Source: Phormidesmis sp.
Lineage (GTDB): Bacteria > Cyanobacteriota > Cyanobacteriia > Leptolyngbyales > Leptolyngbyaceae
Length of the DNA: 64,000 nt
Direction: 5' to 3'
NCBI GenBank assembly: GCA_965248535.1
Contig: CBDFJR010000005.1
Coordinates: forward strand, 288,001-352,000
The notes below the pieces were generated by a model. That model made no database searches, was not told the origin of the DNA, and saw only the letters and a list, made by a program, of their open reading frames with translations. Of the stretch, positions 1-11,043 are shown one piece after another. Made by a program: the position numbers and the translations under genes. Numbering within the stretch: the stretch's first letter is position 1; each line of letters begins with the position of its first letter.

Positions 1-2
1 CG

Positions 3-398
3 TTGCAGTTTTTAGGCGTTGCCGAAAGTTGGCTGCTAGGCAGTCTAGCGATCGAGCTAGGCGATCAGGTCGATTGGTCACGGCAGTCAAATCGCCTGCG
101 GCTGGCGTTAGTTGAGGCTTATTCTAACGTGGTGCGACATGCTCACCGCGATCGTCCTTATCTTCCGGTGCTGATTCGCTTAGAGGTGAAAGACCGAGAT
201 CTGTCCCTAGAGATTTGGGACTATGGGCAAGGCTATGATCTCTCAACCTATTTGGCTCCGTGCCCTGAGGATCGGCAAGAAAACGGCTATGGCTGGCTGA
301 TTTTGAACCGCCTGATGGACAAAGTGGAATATCGCTTGCAGGTTGATGGACGCAATTGTCTAAAACTAGAAGCGAATTTAGTAGAGGCAATGAAGTAG
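3..398 (+). CDS. RsbW-like anti-sigma factor / HATPase_c domain protein (5'-truncated by window)
   Basis: EAYSNVVRHA N-box, WDYGQG G1 box, ENGYGW G2 box. Confidence 0.85.
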   Translation: MQFLGVAESWLLGSLAIELGDQVDWSRQSNRLRLALVEAYSNVVRHAHRDRPYLPVLIRLEVKDRDLSLEIWDYGQGYDLSTYLAPCPEDRQENGYGWLILNRLMDKVEYRLQVDGRNCLKLEANLVEAMK

Positions 399-484
399 AG
401 CCATCAAAGCTTCAGGGGGATGGTGGCAAGGCAAAGGGCTTCAAATATAATGAGCAATCATTGCTCAAAAAACCCCAGGTAACA

Positions 485-703
485 GTGATAGGAAAATACC
501 GTGTTGTGATCGAGCCAGACGAAGATGGAGTTTATGTGGCTGAAGTTCCAACCCTTCCTGGCTGCATCTCCCAAGGTCAAACTCGTGCAGAAGCCATTAA
601 AACTATTAAAGAAGCGATCGCAGTCTATCTTGAGAGTCTCAATTCTCATGGCGAACCTGTTCCTCCATCAATTTTTGAAGAAATTGTTGAGGTCGCGATG
701 TGA
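485..703 (+). CDS. HicB-family antitoxin
   Basis: YRVVIEPDEDGVYVAEVPTLPGCISQGQTRAEA; GTG start at 485 chosen by family length. Confidence 0.85.
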   Translation: MIGKYRVVIEPDEDGVYVAEVPTLPGCISQGQTRAEAIKTIKEAIAVYLESLNSHGEPVPPSIFEEIVEVAM

Positions 704-770
704 GTTATCTGCCACGATTATCAGGTCGTGAGAGAGTCAAAGCACTTGGAAAAATCTTGTTTTTAACCAG
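700..770 (+). pseudogene. Truncated HicA-family toxin (N-terminal ~20 codons only)
   Basis: MSYLPRLSGRERVKALGKI overlaps the hicB stop; similarity is lost before the GSH motif. Confidence 0.65.
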
Positions 771-787
771 AGCTTTCCTAAAAAACA

Positions 788-815
788 GTAGAGACGCAAT
801 GAATCACGTCTCTAC
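788..815. repeat. REP-like palindrome GTAGAGACG-N10-CGTCTCTAC
   Basis: Perfect 9-bp inverted repeat starting with GTAG, typical of cyanobacterial intergenic palindromes. Confidence 0.7.
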
Positions 816-871
816 AAAATTGTGGTTTATTGAACTAACAGACAGAGACCTGACGGTCAGAGTCAAAAAAT

Positions 872-1531
872 CTATTTCTGACCCATTTGTGCAGCAACTT
901 CTGCGGCAAAGTCAGTCTCTTCTTTTTGAATGCCTTCACCCAACACAAACCGGACAAATCGACGCACTTGAATGTTTTCGCCCAACTGAGTGACGGTTCG
1001 CTTGACCAACTCATCAACGGTGATGTTTTGATCGCGAATGTAGGGCTGATCGAGCAGACACATTTCCTTCAGACGCTTGTCGATGCGACCTTGAACGATC
1101 TTCTCTTTAAGGTCTTCTTTTTTGCCGCTCAGATCATCTTTGCCCATCTCGATCGCTTTCTCTTTATTGACGATCGCTTCGGGGATGTCGCTGACTTTGA
1201 CATATTCCACGTTGGGGCACGCTGCCACCTGCATCGCCACGTTTCTCACCAGTTGTTGAAACGCTTCGTTGCGCGCCACAAAGTCGGTCTGACAGTTCAC
1301 TTCGACCAAAACGCCAATGCGCCCGCCTGTGTGAATATAGCTATCGACCAATCCTTCAGCCGCGACCCGACCTTCTTTTTTACCCGCAGAAGTGATTCCC
1401 TTTTGGCGCAGCCATTCTGAGGCTTTTTCTAAATCACCGTTGTTTTCTTGGAGTGCCTTTTTGCAATCCATCATGCCTGCGCCTGTTTTTTGGCGGAGTT
1501 CACCGACCATTTTTGCCGAAATGTCTGCCAT
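872..1531 (-). CDS. tsf: Elongation factor Ts
   Basis: [27 protein letters not shown]; downstream of rpsB. Confidence 0.99.
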   Translation of the reverse strand: MADISAKMVGELRQKTGAGMMDCKKALQENNGDLEKASEWLRQKGITSAGKKEGRVAAEGLVDSYIHTGGRIGVLVEVNCQTDFVARNEAFQQLVRNVAMQVAACPNVEYVKVSDIPEAIVNKEKAIEMGKDDLSGKKEDLKEKIVQGRIDKRLKEMCLLDQPYIRDQNITVDELVKRTVTQLGENIQVRRFVRFVLGEGIQKEETDFAAEVAAQMGQK

Positions 1532-1609
1532 CTTGCCTGTTCCCTAATCAACGAGTGGTTAGCCGTCAGCCGTTAGAGGTCAAAACGACAAACGGCTGAA
1601 CGGGTCGAG

Positions 1610-2398
1610 TTATTCTGCGGCGGGTTCTGCCGCTTCTTCGGGAGCGAAGGCTTCGCTTTCGTCGTATTCGTATTCGTCGTCAGCGCCTTCGTAGTCGTAT
1701 TCTTCATCTTCGAGTTGACCGTGACGACCTTCATAGATCGCATCTGCCAATCGACCTACTATTAGCTTAATCGAGCGGATGGCATCATCATTCGCTGGAA
1801 TGGGAATGTCTACCACGTCGGGGTCGCAGTTGGTGTCAAGCAGCGAGACGATCGGGACGCTCAACTTCAGACATTCTTGAACGGCGTTATATTCTCGCTT
1901 TTGATCGACGATCAGCACGACATCAGGAACCTTTCGCATGGCTTTGATGCCGCCGAGATATTTCTGAAGCTTGTCTAACTCTCGCCGCAAGACGGCTGCT
2001 TCTTTTTTGGGCAGCATATCGAGCGCGCCTGTTTCTTCGCGACGCTCAAGATCTTTGAGGCGATCGACGCGAGTTTTGATGGTCGCCCAGTTGGTCAGCA
2101 TTCCGCCAAGCCAGCGCTGGTTGACATAATAAGCCCCGCAGCGAGACGCTTCTTGAGCGACGATTCCGGCGGCTTGGCGTTTGGTGCCGATAAACAGAAA
2201 CTTTTTGCCTTGCTCAGACGCGGTACGCACGTAGTTATAGGCAGTGTCCATCAACTGGGCGGTTTGCACCAGGTCAATGATGTGCACGCCGTTGCGGGCG
2301 GTGTAGATGTAGGGGTCCATCTTGGGATTCCAGCGCCGGGTTTGGTGCCCGAAGTGGACTCCAGACTCAAGCATTTGAGCCAATGAAACGACTGGCAT
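1610..2398 (-). CDS. rpsB: 30S ribosomal protein S2
   Basis: [26 protein letters not shown]. Confidence 0.99.
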   Translation of the reverse strand: MPVVSLAQMLESGVHFGHQTRRWNPKMDPYIYTARNGVHIIDLVQTAQLMDTAYNYVRTASEQGKKFLFIGTKRQAAGIVAQEASRCGAYYVNQRWLGGMLTNWATIKTRVDRLKDLERREETGALDMLPKKEAAVLRRELDKLQKYLGGIKAMRKVPDVVLIVDQKREYNAVQECLKLSVPIVSLLDTNCDPDVVDIPIPANDDAIRSIKLIVGRLADAIYEGRHGQLEDEEYDYEGADDEYEYDESEAFAPEEAAEPAAE

Positions 2399-2409
2399 TT
2401 GTTTTACTC

Positions 2410-2482
2410 CTGATTCGGGTTAATCTTCCACCCAGGCGAGTTTCAATGAAGCTTGAAACACCCGAAGCCCTGGATGTGTGAT
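2410..2482 (-). ncRNA. rpsB leader (t44 / S2 autoregulatory RNA)
   Basis: Minus strand CACAC...CCAGG...GGGTG...CCTGGGTGGAAGATTAACCC directly upstream of the rpsB RBS, with the GGGU/ACCC pseudoknot signature of S2 leaders. Confidence 0.7.
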
Positions 2483-2564
2483 TTGAAACAACTTTACTAG
2501 GATAACACAATCAAAGGAGCGTTGTGGAAGCTGAAAAGCGGTAAGGGAGGACTCGATCGCTCTC

Positions 2565-3482
2565 CTAGTTAAGAGTCATTGCCAGCCCTTCGATCCCAAT
2601 GTCTAGTCGAACAACTTTTGCAGGCTGAATGCCCGTTTGAGGCGGCAGCGACATCCCTCCATTGGTGGTGACGTAGATTGAAGTCCGATCCCGCTCAGTG
2701 CGACCAAAAGCTAATGCAGTGCTGCCCGTCATGCCTTGCTCGGCTGCGGCGATCGTGGTGATCAGTCCATCGGGGGCAATTTTCACCACGCTGTCATAGA
2801 TATGGGTCGTTCCATACAAATTGCCTTGGTGATCGAAGGCAAAATCATCAATGTTGGCGTTTTGCACAAAGATTTCTGGCGCGCTAGGGCTGCCATCTGA
2901 GCCGAGGGGAATGCGGACTAGGTGCTGACATTGCGTGTTTGAGGCATAGAGAACGCCCTGAAAAATCTTCAGGCCATTGACAGCGGGGATCGGGTTCTCT
3001 AGGCTGCGCCGATCGAGCAAATCGTGCTCTAACCAAATTTTTGCTGATTTTTGGGTGGCGTTCAACTCCCAAATGGCACCGAGATAAGAGTCGGCGATCA
3101 GATAGCGATCGTCCATTAAATGAGTCATGCCGTTGAGAAAAATCGCGTCAGCGATCGTCACTAGTGTCTCGACTCCGCTCTGGGTGACTTTAAAGACGGC
3201 TGAGAGTCCCTCATGGGTGACCCCTGAGACGAGAAGATCACCCGCTTGATCAAAGGCGATCCCCGCAGTTTTTCCGTCAACTTTGGCAAATTCTCGTCGT
3301 TGACCAGCCGGACTGATTTCATAAATGATCCCGTCTTCATAGCTCGTGACGAAGAGAGTTCCTAGGGAGTTGACGGCGATGTTTTCAAGAAACGTGTTGA
3401 CGGGAAACTCAGCCAGCAAAGAGTTGGGCACGATCGCCGTTGGAGTCTGGTCAAAAATTGGCGGAAGCCGTGGATTGCTCAT
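2565..3482 (-). CDS. SMP-30/gluconolactonase-like beta-propeller protein
   Basis: FLENIAV, FLNGM, AVNGLK, IDDFAFD blade motifs. Confidence 0.75.
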   Translation of the reverse strand: MSNPRLPPIFDQTPTAIVPNSLLAEFPVNTFLENIAVNSLGTLFVTSYEDGIIYEISPAGQRREFAKVDGKTAGIAFDQAGDLLVSGVTHEGLSAVFKVTQSGVETLVTIADAIFLNGMTHLMDDRYLIADSYLGAIWELNATQKSAKIWLEHDLLDRRSLENPIPAVNGLKIFQGVLYASNTQCQHLVRIPLGSDGSPSAPEIFVQNANIDDFAFDHQGNLYGTTHIYDSVVKIAPDGLITTIAAAEQGMTGSTALAFGRTERDRTSIYVTTNGGMSLPPQTGIQPAKVVRLDIGIEGLAMTLN

Positions 3483-3506
3483 GCTAGAACTCCTGGTCGA
3501 ATAGAC

Positions 3507-4439
3507 TTATCGCTGCTGAGATTCTTCATAGGCATCATACACGGCGCGAACTGTATACCAATTGAGAAAAATGCGGGCGACCTGCTCGGCGAGTTGGGGT
3601 TTGCCTTGTTGAATCAGCCAACCAATCAGAGGAGTCATCGTCCGTTCGTTAAGCCGACCTCCGATCGTCAGTCCTTCCCACAGGACTCGACTGATCCACG
3701 TCATTTGGATCATTAGCCGCACGTCCCAAGTCGGATGTTTTTGATAAAACAACACACCCATGCGCCCGCGCTGAATTTCTTTGTCAATCATGCTGGGAAT
3801 TTGTTCTAGCGAGAACGCCGGATGCCAGTGATAGCCGACCGCATTGGGACATTTGATCAGCGTCAATCCCAAGTTCTTAAGCCGGACTCCCAACTCCAAA
3901 TCTTCCCAGCCATAGAGTTGAAAGCCTACGTCAAACAGTCCGGCTTTTTCGAGCCAGTGACGAGCGATCGCCACATTTCCCGTCGCAAAATAGGCGGCCG
4001 AAAAATCCGTCACTTTAAACGGTTCTGCCGTCGGATTCTCAAAATTGCAGGTATTTATGACTCGCCCGTAGGTAAATAAGCGATCGCTGCCCAATTCTTT
4101 TTGACCTTGGTGAAGTTTTTCGGCATGGGATCGCAGAAATTGATCGGTCACGACTAAATCACTGTCGATGAAGATAATCGTGTCTCCGATCGCTTTCTCG
4201 ACACCGAGATTTCGAGCTGCGGCTGCCCCCTGATGATGTTGACAAAACACCTTGACATGAGGAAAATTGGTCGGCTGAGATTGCAGCCACTCAACCGTCC
4301 CGTCGGTGGAGCCGTCATCGACTACCACAATTTCATAGTCAGAAAATAATTGACTGGGCTGCTGATCTTCGAGTGCCTTCAAGCACTTCTCTAAAATCGG
4401 CTGGCGATCGTAGGTCGGAATCACGACACTAAAAAACAC
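3507..4439 (-). CDS. Glycosyltransferase family 2
   Basis: SVVIPTY, VVDDGSTD, FIDSD, YGWEDLELG. Confidence 0.93.
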   Translation of the reverse strand: MFFSVVIPTYDRQPILEKCLKALEDQQPSQLFSDYEIVVVDDGSTDGTVEWLQSQPTNFPHVKVFCQHHQGAAAARNLGVEKAIGDTIIFIDSDLVVTDQFLRSHAEKLHQGQKELGSDRLFTYGRVINTCNFENPTAEPFKVTDFSAAYFATGNVAIARHWLEKAGLFDVGFQLYGWEDLELGVRLKNLGLTLIKCPNAVGYHWHPAFSLEQIPSMIDKEIQRGRMGVLFYQKHPTWDVRLMIQMTWISRVLWEGLTIGGRLNERTMTPLIGWLIQQGKPQLAEQVARIFLNWYTVRAVYDAYEESQQR

Positions 4440-4568
4440 GGCGTTCCTCTACACAAGACGTTATCAGTATCTCTTTTTGGTTCGCAAATCTGTTCATCTC
4501 CCAACATAACGTGGCGCAGATTCAATGGATAATGTATCTCCAGTCGTTACTACCAACTGAGAAAATTC

Positions 4569-5771
4569 ATGGGTCGTGCTAAAAAAGTTGTCCTAGCCTA
4601 TTCGGGTGGAGTTGATACGTCTGTCTGCATTCCTTACCTCAAGCAGGAATGGGGCGTTGAAGAAGTGATCACACTGGCGGCGGATCTCGGTCAAGGGGAC
4701 GAATTAGAGCCAATCCGCGAAAAAGCCCTAAAATCTGGTGCCTCTCAATCTCTGGTAGTAGACGCTACTCAGAGTTTTGTCAAAGATTACGCCTTTCCGT
4801 CTATTCAAGCCAACGCGCTCTATGAAAATCGCTATCCGCTGTCTACGGCGCTGGCGCGGCCGTTAATTGCCAAGCTGCTCGTCGATGCGGCGGCTGAATA
4901 TGGAGCCGATGCTGTCGCCCACGGCTGCACGGGTAAAGGCAATGATCAGGTGAGATTTGATGTGGCGATCGCCGCCCTCAACCCCGATCTCAAAGTCCTG
5001 GCACCTGCACGAGAATGGGGCATGAGCCGCGAAGAAACGATCGCCTACGGGGAGAACTTCGGTATTCCTTCCCCGGTCAAAAAATCGTCGCCCTACAGCA
5101 TCGATCGCAACCTCTTGGGGCGCAGCATTGAGGCGGGGCCGCTCGAAGATCCCTGGACGGAAGCCTTAGACGAAGTGTTTGACCTCACGAAGGCGATCGC
5201 CGACACGCCCAACGAGCCAGAATATGTCGAGATCGGCTTTGAGCAAGGAATCCCCGTCAGTCTCAATGGTGAGATGCTGAGTCCGATCGATCTGATCACC
5301 CAACTGAACCAAAAAGCTGGGGATCACGGCTTTGGTCGCATCGACATGGTAGAAAACCGTCTGGTCGGCATCAAATCACGAGAGATTTATGAAGCTCCGG
5401 CGCTGCTAGTGCTGATTCAGGCTCACCGCGATTTAGAAAGTTTGACTCTGACCAAAGATGTCAGCCAATACAAACGGGGCATCGAAGAAACCTACGCTAA
5501 TCTGGTCTACAACGGTCTTTGGTACAGTCCTCTCAAAGGGGCGCTGGATGCCTTTGTTGCCCAAACCCAAGAGCGAGTTTCAGGAACCGTCCGCGTCAAG
5601 CTGTTTAAGGGAACTGCGCTGATTGTGGGTCGCCAATCTAGCAAAACCCTCTACACGCCTGAATTAGCAACTTATGGATCGGACGACAAGTTTGACCATA
5701 AAGCGGCTGAAGGCTTTATCTACGTTTGGGGGTTGCCCACCCGCGTTTGGTCACAAAACTTGAGAGGATAG
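4569..5771 (+). CDS. argG: Argininosuccinate synthase
   Basis: [30 protein letters not shown]. Confidence 0.99.
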   Translation: MGRAKKVVLAYSGGVDTSVCIPYLKQEWGVEEVITLAADLGQGDELEPIREKALKSGASQSLVVDATQSFVKDYAFPSIQANALYENRYPLSTALARPLIAKLLVDAAAEYGADAVAHGCTGKGNDQVRFDVAIAALNPDLKVLAPAREWGMSREETIAYGENFGIPSPVKKSSPYSIDRNLLGRSIEAGPLEDPWTEALDEVFDLTKAIADTPNEPEYVEIGFEQGIPVSLNGEMLSPIDLITQLNQKAGDHGFGRIDMVENRLVGIKSREIYEAPALLVLIQAHRDLESLTLTKDVSQYKRGIEETYANLVYNGLWYSPLKGALDAFVAQTQERVSGTVRVKLFKGTALIVGRQSSKTLYTPELATYGSDDKFDHKAAEGFIYVWGLPTRVWSQNLRG

Positions 5772-5790
5772 TCTCAAGTTTGAGCAAAAT

Positions 5791-5828
5791 AAAAGGGGGG
5801 ATCGTACAAAGTACGATCCCCCCTTTTT
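5791..5828. terminator. Bidirectional intrinsic terminator between argG and dedA
   Basis: AAAAGGGGGGATCGTAC-AAA-GTACGATCCCCCCTTTT perfect stem with A/T tails, between convergent genes. Confidence 0.85.
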
Positions 5829-5843
5829 AGTTCAGATTCAAAA

Positions 5844-6503
5844 TTACTCACTGTCACCCGCAGGTTGTTGACTCACCTTTGCCGCTTCTTGTTTTGCCTT
5901 GCGAGACTCTAACCACAGCGGCACCACAATCCAGGCGACGACGATTAACAGAGCCACGATCGTAAACTGTGAAGCCAAGCCAATCAGCTTTTCTAACGGC
6001 ACCACCTGACCCGCAAAGAAGGCTAGCGACACCATCACCGATGCCCAAGCGCAGGCTCCAGCCACGTTATAAGCCATAAACCTCCAGTAAGGCATCTCGG
6101 CGATGCCCGCCAGCGGACTCGCAAAGATGCGCAGCAGCGCAATAAAGCGACCGAATAGAACCGCTTTTCCGGCGTTCTCGCTAAACTGCGATCTCAGCCC
6201 TTCGAGCTGCTCCTCCCTCATTCGCACCAGGCTGCCCACCTTGAGCAACATCGCCCAGCCGCCATAGCGACCAATCCAATAGCCACAGTGACCGCCCAAT
6301 ATCGCCCCTGCGGCAGCATCCCCTAAAACTAGCCAATAGTTGAGTTGGTCGTTCCCAGCTAAAAACCCTCCCGCTAAGGTCACCGTTTCTCCAGGGATTG
6401 GTAAGCCCAAATTCTCTAACAAGATTCCTAGAAAAATCGCCCAATAGCCATACTGTTGAGCGATTTCCTGAATAGCTTCTGGCGAGATAAAGTCAAGTGA
6501 CAT
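5844..6503 (-). CDS. DedA family membrane protein
   Basis: LENLGLPIPGE, GRFIALLRIF, YWRFMAYN. Confidence 0.93.
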   Translation of the reverse strand: MSLDFISPEAIQEIAQQYGYWAIFLGILLENLGLPIPGETVTLAGGFLAGNDQLNYWLVLGDAAAGAILGGHCGYWIGRYGGWAMLLKVGSLVRMREEQLEGLRSQFSENAGKAVLFGRFIALLRIFASPLAGIAEMPYWRFMAYNVAGACAWASVMVSLAFFAGQVVPLEKLIGLASQFTIVALLIVVAWIVVPLWLESRKAKQEAAKVSQQPAGDSE

Positions 6504-6871
6504 GCCCATAACCTTTACAAAGCTTAATCTACGTCGATCTTGACTTGATTCTATAGATCCGTCAATCCCAAGCACTGGGATTCTCTGGTCTTGAGTAGAA
6601 TTCCTGAGTTTTCTGCATCAGGTTTGCTGTATCAAACGCTCCCTTTGGAGCTTTAAAAGAAAACTTTTCACCAAATTAAAGTGTAACCGACTTCAAAATG
6701 AAGATTTCGTAAAACTTAAGGAAATCAAGCTGTTTTCAGGAATCTAATCTCTATAGTTGTAGCAAGTCTTAAGTAAATCTACTTAATCGCTGAAAAGTCC
6801 CTCGCTGCCCTTATCTCAGCACTTCAACCTGAGCTGGATATGAGCATCGGCATACGTTAGAAGAGTTCGCT

Positions 6872-7279
6872 ATGGTTACCCAGGTCAACGAAGTCATTTT
6901 TGGGGATGAGGTTATGATTTCTAGAGGACAAATTGAGGAGATTCAGCTTCAGCCCCAGGGTCGCTTAGATCTCCAAGGCGGAGAGTGGCTTCAGCAACAG
7001 CTAAAAACGATCGCTCCCCGACGATACGGGATCTGGATCATCGATCTCTCAGGCATAGAGTTTATCGACAGTCGTGGGTTGTGCGCCTTGATTAGCGGGT
7101 TGGCGCTGGCTAGAGAATCTAAAGCTCGGCTTGTGCTGTGCAACTTATCTCCCTCAGCGCAACTGATTTTTGAAATCACTCAACTCGATCGGGTCTTTGA
7201 TATTTTTGAGAGCCGTGATGCTTTGCTGACGGCTTTGGTGATTCCAGAGTCCACTGTTCTAGCCTTAAAGGTCGCTTAA
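6872..7279 (+). CDS. STAS-domain anti-sigma factor antagonist
   Basis: GRLD...IDLSGIEFIDSRGL...IFEITQLDRVF. Confidence 0.9.
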   Translation: MVTQVNEVIFGDEVMISRGQIEEIQLQPQGRLDLQGGEWLQQQLKTIAPRRYGIWIIDLSGIEFIDSRGLCALISGLALARESKARLVLCNLSPSAQLIFEITQLDRVFDIFESRDALLTALVIPESTVLALKVA

Positions 7280-7996
7280 AGACGGCTGAAAAACTTGATA
7301 GTCACTGCCCTGAGCGATCGTTAAGTCTAAAATCGGAGTGTTGGTCAGGCAGTGCCAATGACAGGCAAACAGATCAGGCGACTGAATCTTGAGACTAGCG
7401 ATCGCAGGTGCCGCCGGAAAGGGAAATAACCGATCGAAGAAGACCGTTTCGCCTGCAAACCCAAACTGCATCAAATAAGTAGAAGGGGTGGCTGAGACCA
7501 GCTTCAATAATCGCTGTCCTAGCTTATAGAGAGGCTGACGATAGCGATCGGGCAGATGCAGGGGCTGGCAATAGCAACGCGAATCAACCGACGTAATCAC
7601 CTCACCATAGAGCGGCCCCTTGGCTGTGAGCACGATCGGCAGCCAAAGCTTTCCTGAGTCAGTGGGCACGCACAATGCAATCTCTACGCGCTGTCGCAGC
7701 CCCACAACATCCTCGCAGGCGCGATAAACTTTTTGTTGAGCAAACGCTAAACTCGGCGGCAGCTTGAACGTGAGAGGGCACAAGATCGTCTCCTCTAAGC
7801 TGTTTTTTCCGTTGGGGAAGTCTGGCTGAAGTCTGGCGATCGTCTGGATTTCGATCTCATATTGACACAAAAAAAGAGACTCAGTTGCGTCTGAGCCTTG
7901 AGTTTGAGGAGTGACAGAGGGCGCGAGAATTGCCTGTTTTAAGGCTTTACCCAACCCGTCAGACTCCTCATCTACCACAATCAGAACCTTAGGCAT
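7265..7996 (-). CDS. Conserved cyanobacterial hypothetical protein
   Basis: Long ORF coupled to the upstream coiled-coil gene; WLPIVLTAKGPLYGEVI block. Confidence 0.75.
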   Translation of the reverse strand: MPKVLIVVDEESDGLGKALKQAILAPSVTPQTQGSDATESLFLCQYEIEIQTIARLQPDFPNGKNSLEETILCPLTFKLPPSLAFAQQKVYRACEDVVGLRQRVEIALCVPTDSGKLWLPIVLTAKGPLYGEVITSVDSRCYCQPLHLPDRYRQPLYKLGQRLLKLVSATPSTYLMQFGFAGETVFFDRLFPFPAAPAIASLKIQSPDLFACHWHCLTNTPILDLTIAQGSDYQVFQPSLSDL

Positions 7997-8543
7997 TGCC
8001 AAAACTCGGCAGCGAAGCCTCACCGTCTGAGCGAGGAAAGCTCGGCAGATCTAGATGAGAGGTGCGACGAGTTCTCACTGCCAAACGGTAGCTGACGCTT
8101 TGCAACTCGGCGTGAAGCTGACGATTTTCTCGCTGCACCAGCGCCACTTTTTCACGCACCGGAGCCATCCGTTCGGCAAACTTTTGCTTATAGATTTTGG
8201 GCAACTCTTGCACGACTTGCTCTAACATTCGGGCCCGATCGGTCAATTCTTGCACCGACTGCCGCAGTTGATAGATTTCGGCATCGCGATCGGCGATTTG
8301 CTCTTGATAAAACGTCACTTGCTGCTCAACGTTTTGCAGTTGCTCTCGCAAAGCCCGCATCTCTTCTAACTGACGCTCAGAGGAGATCTCAGACACAGGC
8401 ACGGCCGCCGCGTTGCCCTTGACAAGCCGAAAAAGCTCTTGAGAAAGCTGCTGGACGAGTTGATCCCGCATCTGCAACTCTTCTTGCAAACGCACAACCT
8501 CGACTTGCAGGGGTTGAACCGGGGAAATATCAGCTTGGGTCAC
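7989..8543 (-). CDS. Coiled-coil protein (Npun_F5560-like)
   Basis: RDQLVQQLSQELFRLVKGN, LHAELQSVSYRLA. Confidence 0.75.
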   Translation of the reverse strand: MTQADISPVQPLQVEVVRLQEELQMRDQLVQQLSQELFRLVKGNAAAVPVSEISSERQLEEMRALREQLQNVEQQVTFYQEQIADRDAEIYQLRQSVQELTDRARMLEQVVQELPKIYKQKFAERMAPVREKVALVQRENRQLHAELQSVSYRLAVRTRRTSHLDLPSFPRSDGEASLPSFGNA

Positions 8544-8559
8544 TTACTCCGTTACTCCA

Positions 8560-9561
8560 TTATGAAGGGGTGGTTTGCTTAAGGTTTTCTTCCCAGAGAC
8601 GGGGAGGAGACGCACGACGAATCTCGCGCCAAATTGCAGTTGCCGCTAATGTACCATCTGCAACCGCAATTGATACCTGATTGAGTCCTTCTTTTAGGTC
8701 TCCTAGGGCAAAAACTCGCGCATGAGAGGTGCGGCACATGCTATCGGTGACCAAATTTCCCCCTTTCCACTCTAAATCTAGGTCTTTTAGATATTGGTTA
8801 AAGAAATGGGAACCCATCGCAACCAGTCCGTTTTCAAGCTCTACGATCGAGTCATCTTCTAGCTGCACCCCGGTCATGTGATGGTCATGACCTAAAAATC
8901 GGCGAATCGGCGTTTCAATGAGGGGATAGCCGTGGGCGTGGAGCTTTTCGCGCATCTCTTTGCCGACTTCACACAGCCCTTGCGTAAAGACAGTGATATA
9001 GGGCGTAAACCAGTTCAGCACGAACGCCGTGTTGATGGCAGCTTCGCTGTTCACAAACAAACCACAGGGGGTATCTGCCATCTCATAGCCGTCACAGATC
9101 ATGCAGACGTGGAGGTTATAGCCCGCATAGTCATAGACGTTTTGCATATCGTCTAGGTGGGGCAGATGATCGATCAATCCGCTAGCAGCCACCAAATATT
9201 TAGAGCGAAACACGGGATAGGCGCTGTCTTTTTTGCCGACTTTGACCTTGACCGCAAAGGTGTCACCCTCATCTTGAACTGCCTCGACAAAGCCGGGGAG
9301 ATAGTCACCGTCTAGCGATTGCAGATGGTCTTGCCCTTGCTGAAGGATGGCGCGTCCGGGGGTGGTGGGCGGCAACCCCAAATAATTTCGCATATCCTGC
9401 ATCCAGAACGATCGCCCGCGGCCTTTCTCAATCACTAAAGTCGAAAGACGGTATCGTTGCAGATAGAGAGCGGCTGACAAACCTCCTGCGCCGCCGCCGA
9501 CGATGATGGCATCGTAGGTGCGATCGAGACGCTGATCTAAGTTTTTGCGTGAGAGCTTCAT
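8560..9561 (-). CDS. NAD(P)/FAD-dependent oxidoreductase (thioredoxin reductase-like)
   Basis: GGGAGG FAD motif, CMICDG, VFALGD. Confidence 0.9.
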   Translation of the reverse strand: MKLSRKNLDQRLDRTYDAIIVGGGAGGLSAALYLQRYRLSTLVIEKGRGRSFWMQDMRNYLGLPPTTPGRAILQQGQDHLQSLDGDYLPGFVEAVQDEGDTFAVKVKVGKKDSAYPVFRSKYLVAASGLIDHLPHLDDMQNVYDYAGYNLHVCMICDGYEMADTPCGLFVNSEAAINTAFVLNWFTPYITVFTQGLCEVGKEMREKLHAHGYPLIETPIRRFLGHDHHMTGVQLEDDSIVELENGLVAMGSHFFNQYLKDLDLEWKGGNLVTDSMCRTSHARVFALGDLKEGLNQVSIAVADGTLAATAIWREIRRASPPRLWEENLKQTTPS

Positions 9562-9667
9562 GGCGTGATTTGATAAAACTAAAACTGGGTGAATACAAAC
9601 ATAGGGAGCCATCACAGCCCCCTAACGTCAACAAAAAACCCCTACGCTTACAGCCTAGCTCTGATTT

Positions 9668-9997
9668 CTAGACCTCAGCCGCTTCAACCTCAGCCTCTTC
9701 GGGTGGAGGCACTTCTTGCTTGACGGTCATATAGCGAATGACCTCGGTGCTGAGGCGCATGGCCCGCTCCATGGGCGCAACCTGGCTGCCATCGCCTTGA
9801 TAGTTCATCTGAATATAGACACCTTCGCGCTGTTTGGCGATCTCGTAGGCCAAACGCCGCTTGCCGCGATGTTGAGTTTCGATGATTTCTGCGCCGTTTT
9901 CCTTCAGAATATTCTGATACTTCTCGATCGCTCCATCAACTGCTTCGTCTCCCACATCGGGACGAAGGATATACATAGTTTCGTAAATGTACTTCAT
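9668..9997 (-). CDS. rpsF: 30S ribosomal protein S6
   Basis: [19 protein letters not shown]. Confidence 0.98.
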   Translation of the reverse strand: MKYIYETMYILRPDVGDEAVDGAIEKYQNILKENGAEIIETQHRGKRRLAYEIAKQREGVYIQMNYQGDGSQVAPMERAMRLSTEVIRYMTVKQEVPPPEEAEVEAAEV

Positions 9998-10247
9998 TGC
10001 AACGGTCTCCTTATGGACAATGGGCTTTTTAGGTGGCTGTTCAAATTTGGCAGATCGTGTCGATCAGCACTTGACGTGCGCCTTTATTGACCAATCATTA
10101 AAAAAGCAAGGACTTATAATTCTATATCAGTTTTTCAGCAATCCGGTTGACTGATTCAAGATCGGGGAGTTGTCGGTTTGGTTCACCGCTCGATCGTGAT
10201 TTGCATTCTTTAAATGACTCGCTAAATTACAAGGTATCGGTTTAGTT

Positions 10248-11042
10248 ATGGCACAGCGCTATGTTCGAGTCCAAAGTCTAGACGGGAAGATTCACTATGG
10301 GCTGCTGCAAATCGATCGCAGAGTTCAGGTTTTAGATGCGCCTCCGTGGTTAAAGGGGCAACTGACCGCCCTCGAATTGAACGCTAACGACTATCAAATC
10401 TTGGCTCCCTGTGCGCCTTCAAAAATCGTGGCGGTGGGCAAAAACTATGCCAATCATGCGGCCGAGATGGGAACGCCCGTGCCGCAGGAGCCGCTGTTGT
10501 TTCTCAAGCCGCCGACTTCTGTCATTGCCTCTAACGGCGAGATTATGTATCCTTTTCAGTCAGAGCGAGTGGACTATGAGGGAGAACTGGCGCTGGTGAT
10601 CGGCGATCGCTGCACCCACTGCACGCCCGAAGAGGCTCACAGCAAGATTTGGGGCTATACGATCGCCAACGATGTGACGGCGAGAGATTTGCAAAAACAA
10701 GACGGACAGTGGACGCGGGCCAAGGGTTTTGACACGTTTTGCCCATTGGGGCCGTGGGTGGTGAGAGAAATCAGTTCAGGGGCACGGCTGCAAACCTTTG
10801 TCAATGACAGCGTTCGGCCGGCTCAGTCTGCCGCCATTAGTGAAATGGTGTTTGCGCCGGATGCGCTGGTGTCTTATATCAGTCAGGTGATGACGCTGCT
10901 GCCCGGAGATGTAGTGTTAACGGGAACACCTGAAGGAGTTGGTGCGATCGGGGTCGGCGATCGCATCCGCATTGAGATTGAGGGGATCGGCTTTTTAGAG
11001 AACTCTGTCACCACTCGCGCTGCGGTGCCCCAAGTCTCATGA
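10248..11042 (+). CDS. Fumarylacetoacetate hydrolase family protein
   Basis: GKNYANHAAE, DYEGEL, NDVTARD, TGTPEGVG. Confidence 0.95.
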   Translation: MAQRYVRVQSLDGKIHYGLLQIDRRVQVLDAPPWLKGQLTALELNANDYQILAPCAPSKIVAVGKNYANHAAEMGTPVPQEPLLFLKPPTSVIASNGEIMYPFQSERVDYEGELALVIGDRCTHCTPEEAHSKIWGYTIANDVTARDLQKQDGQWTRAKGFDTFCPLGPWVVREISSGARLQTFVNDSVRPAQSAAISEMVFAPDALVSYISQVMTLLPGDVVLTGTPEGVGAIGVGDRIRIEIEGIGFLENSVTTRAAVPQVS

Positions 11043-11043
11043 C

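Noticed and set aside
700..993. 97-aa ORF as a full protein
   Set aside because: Only the first ~20 codons are HicA-like; the rest runs through a palindrome and antisense into tsf.
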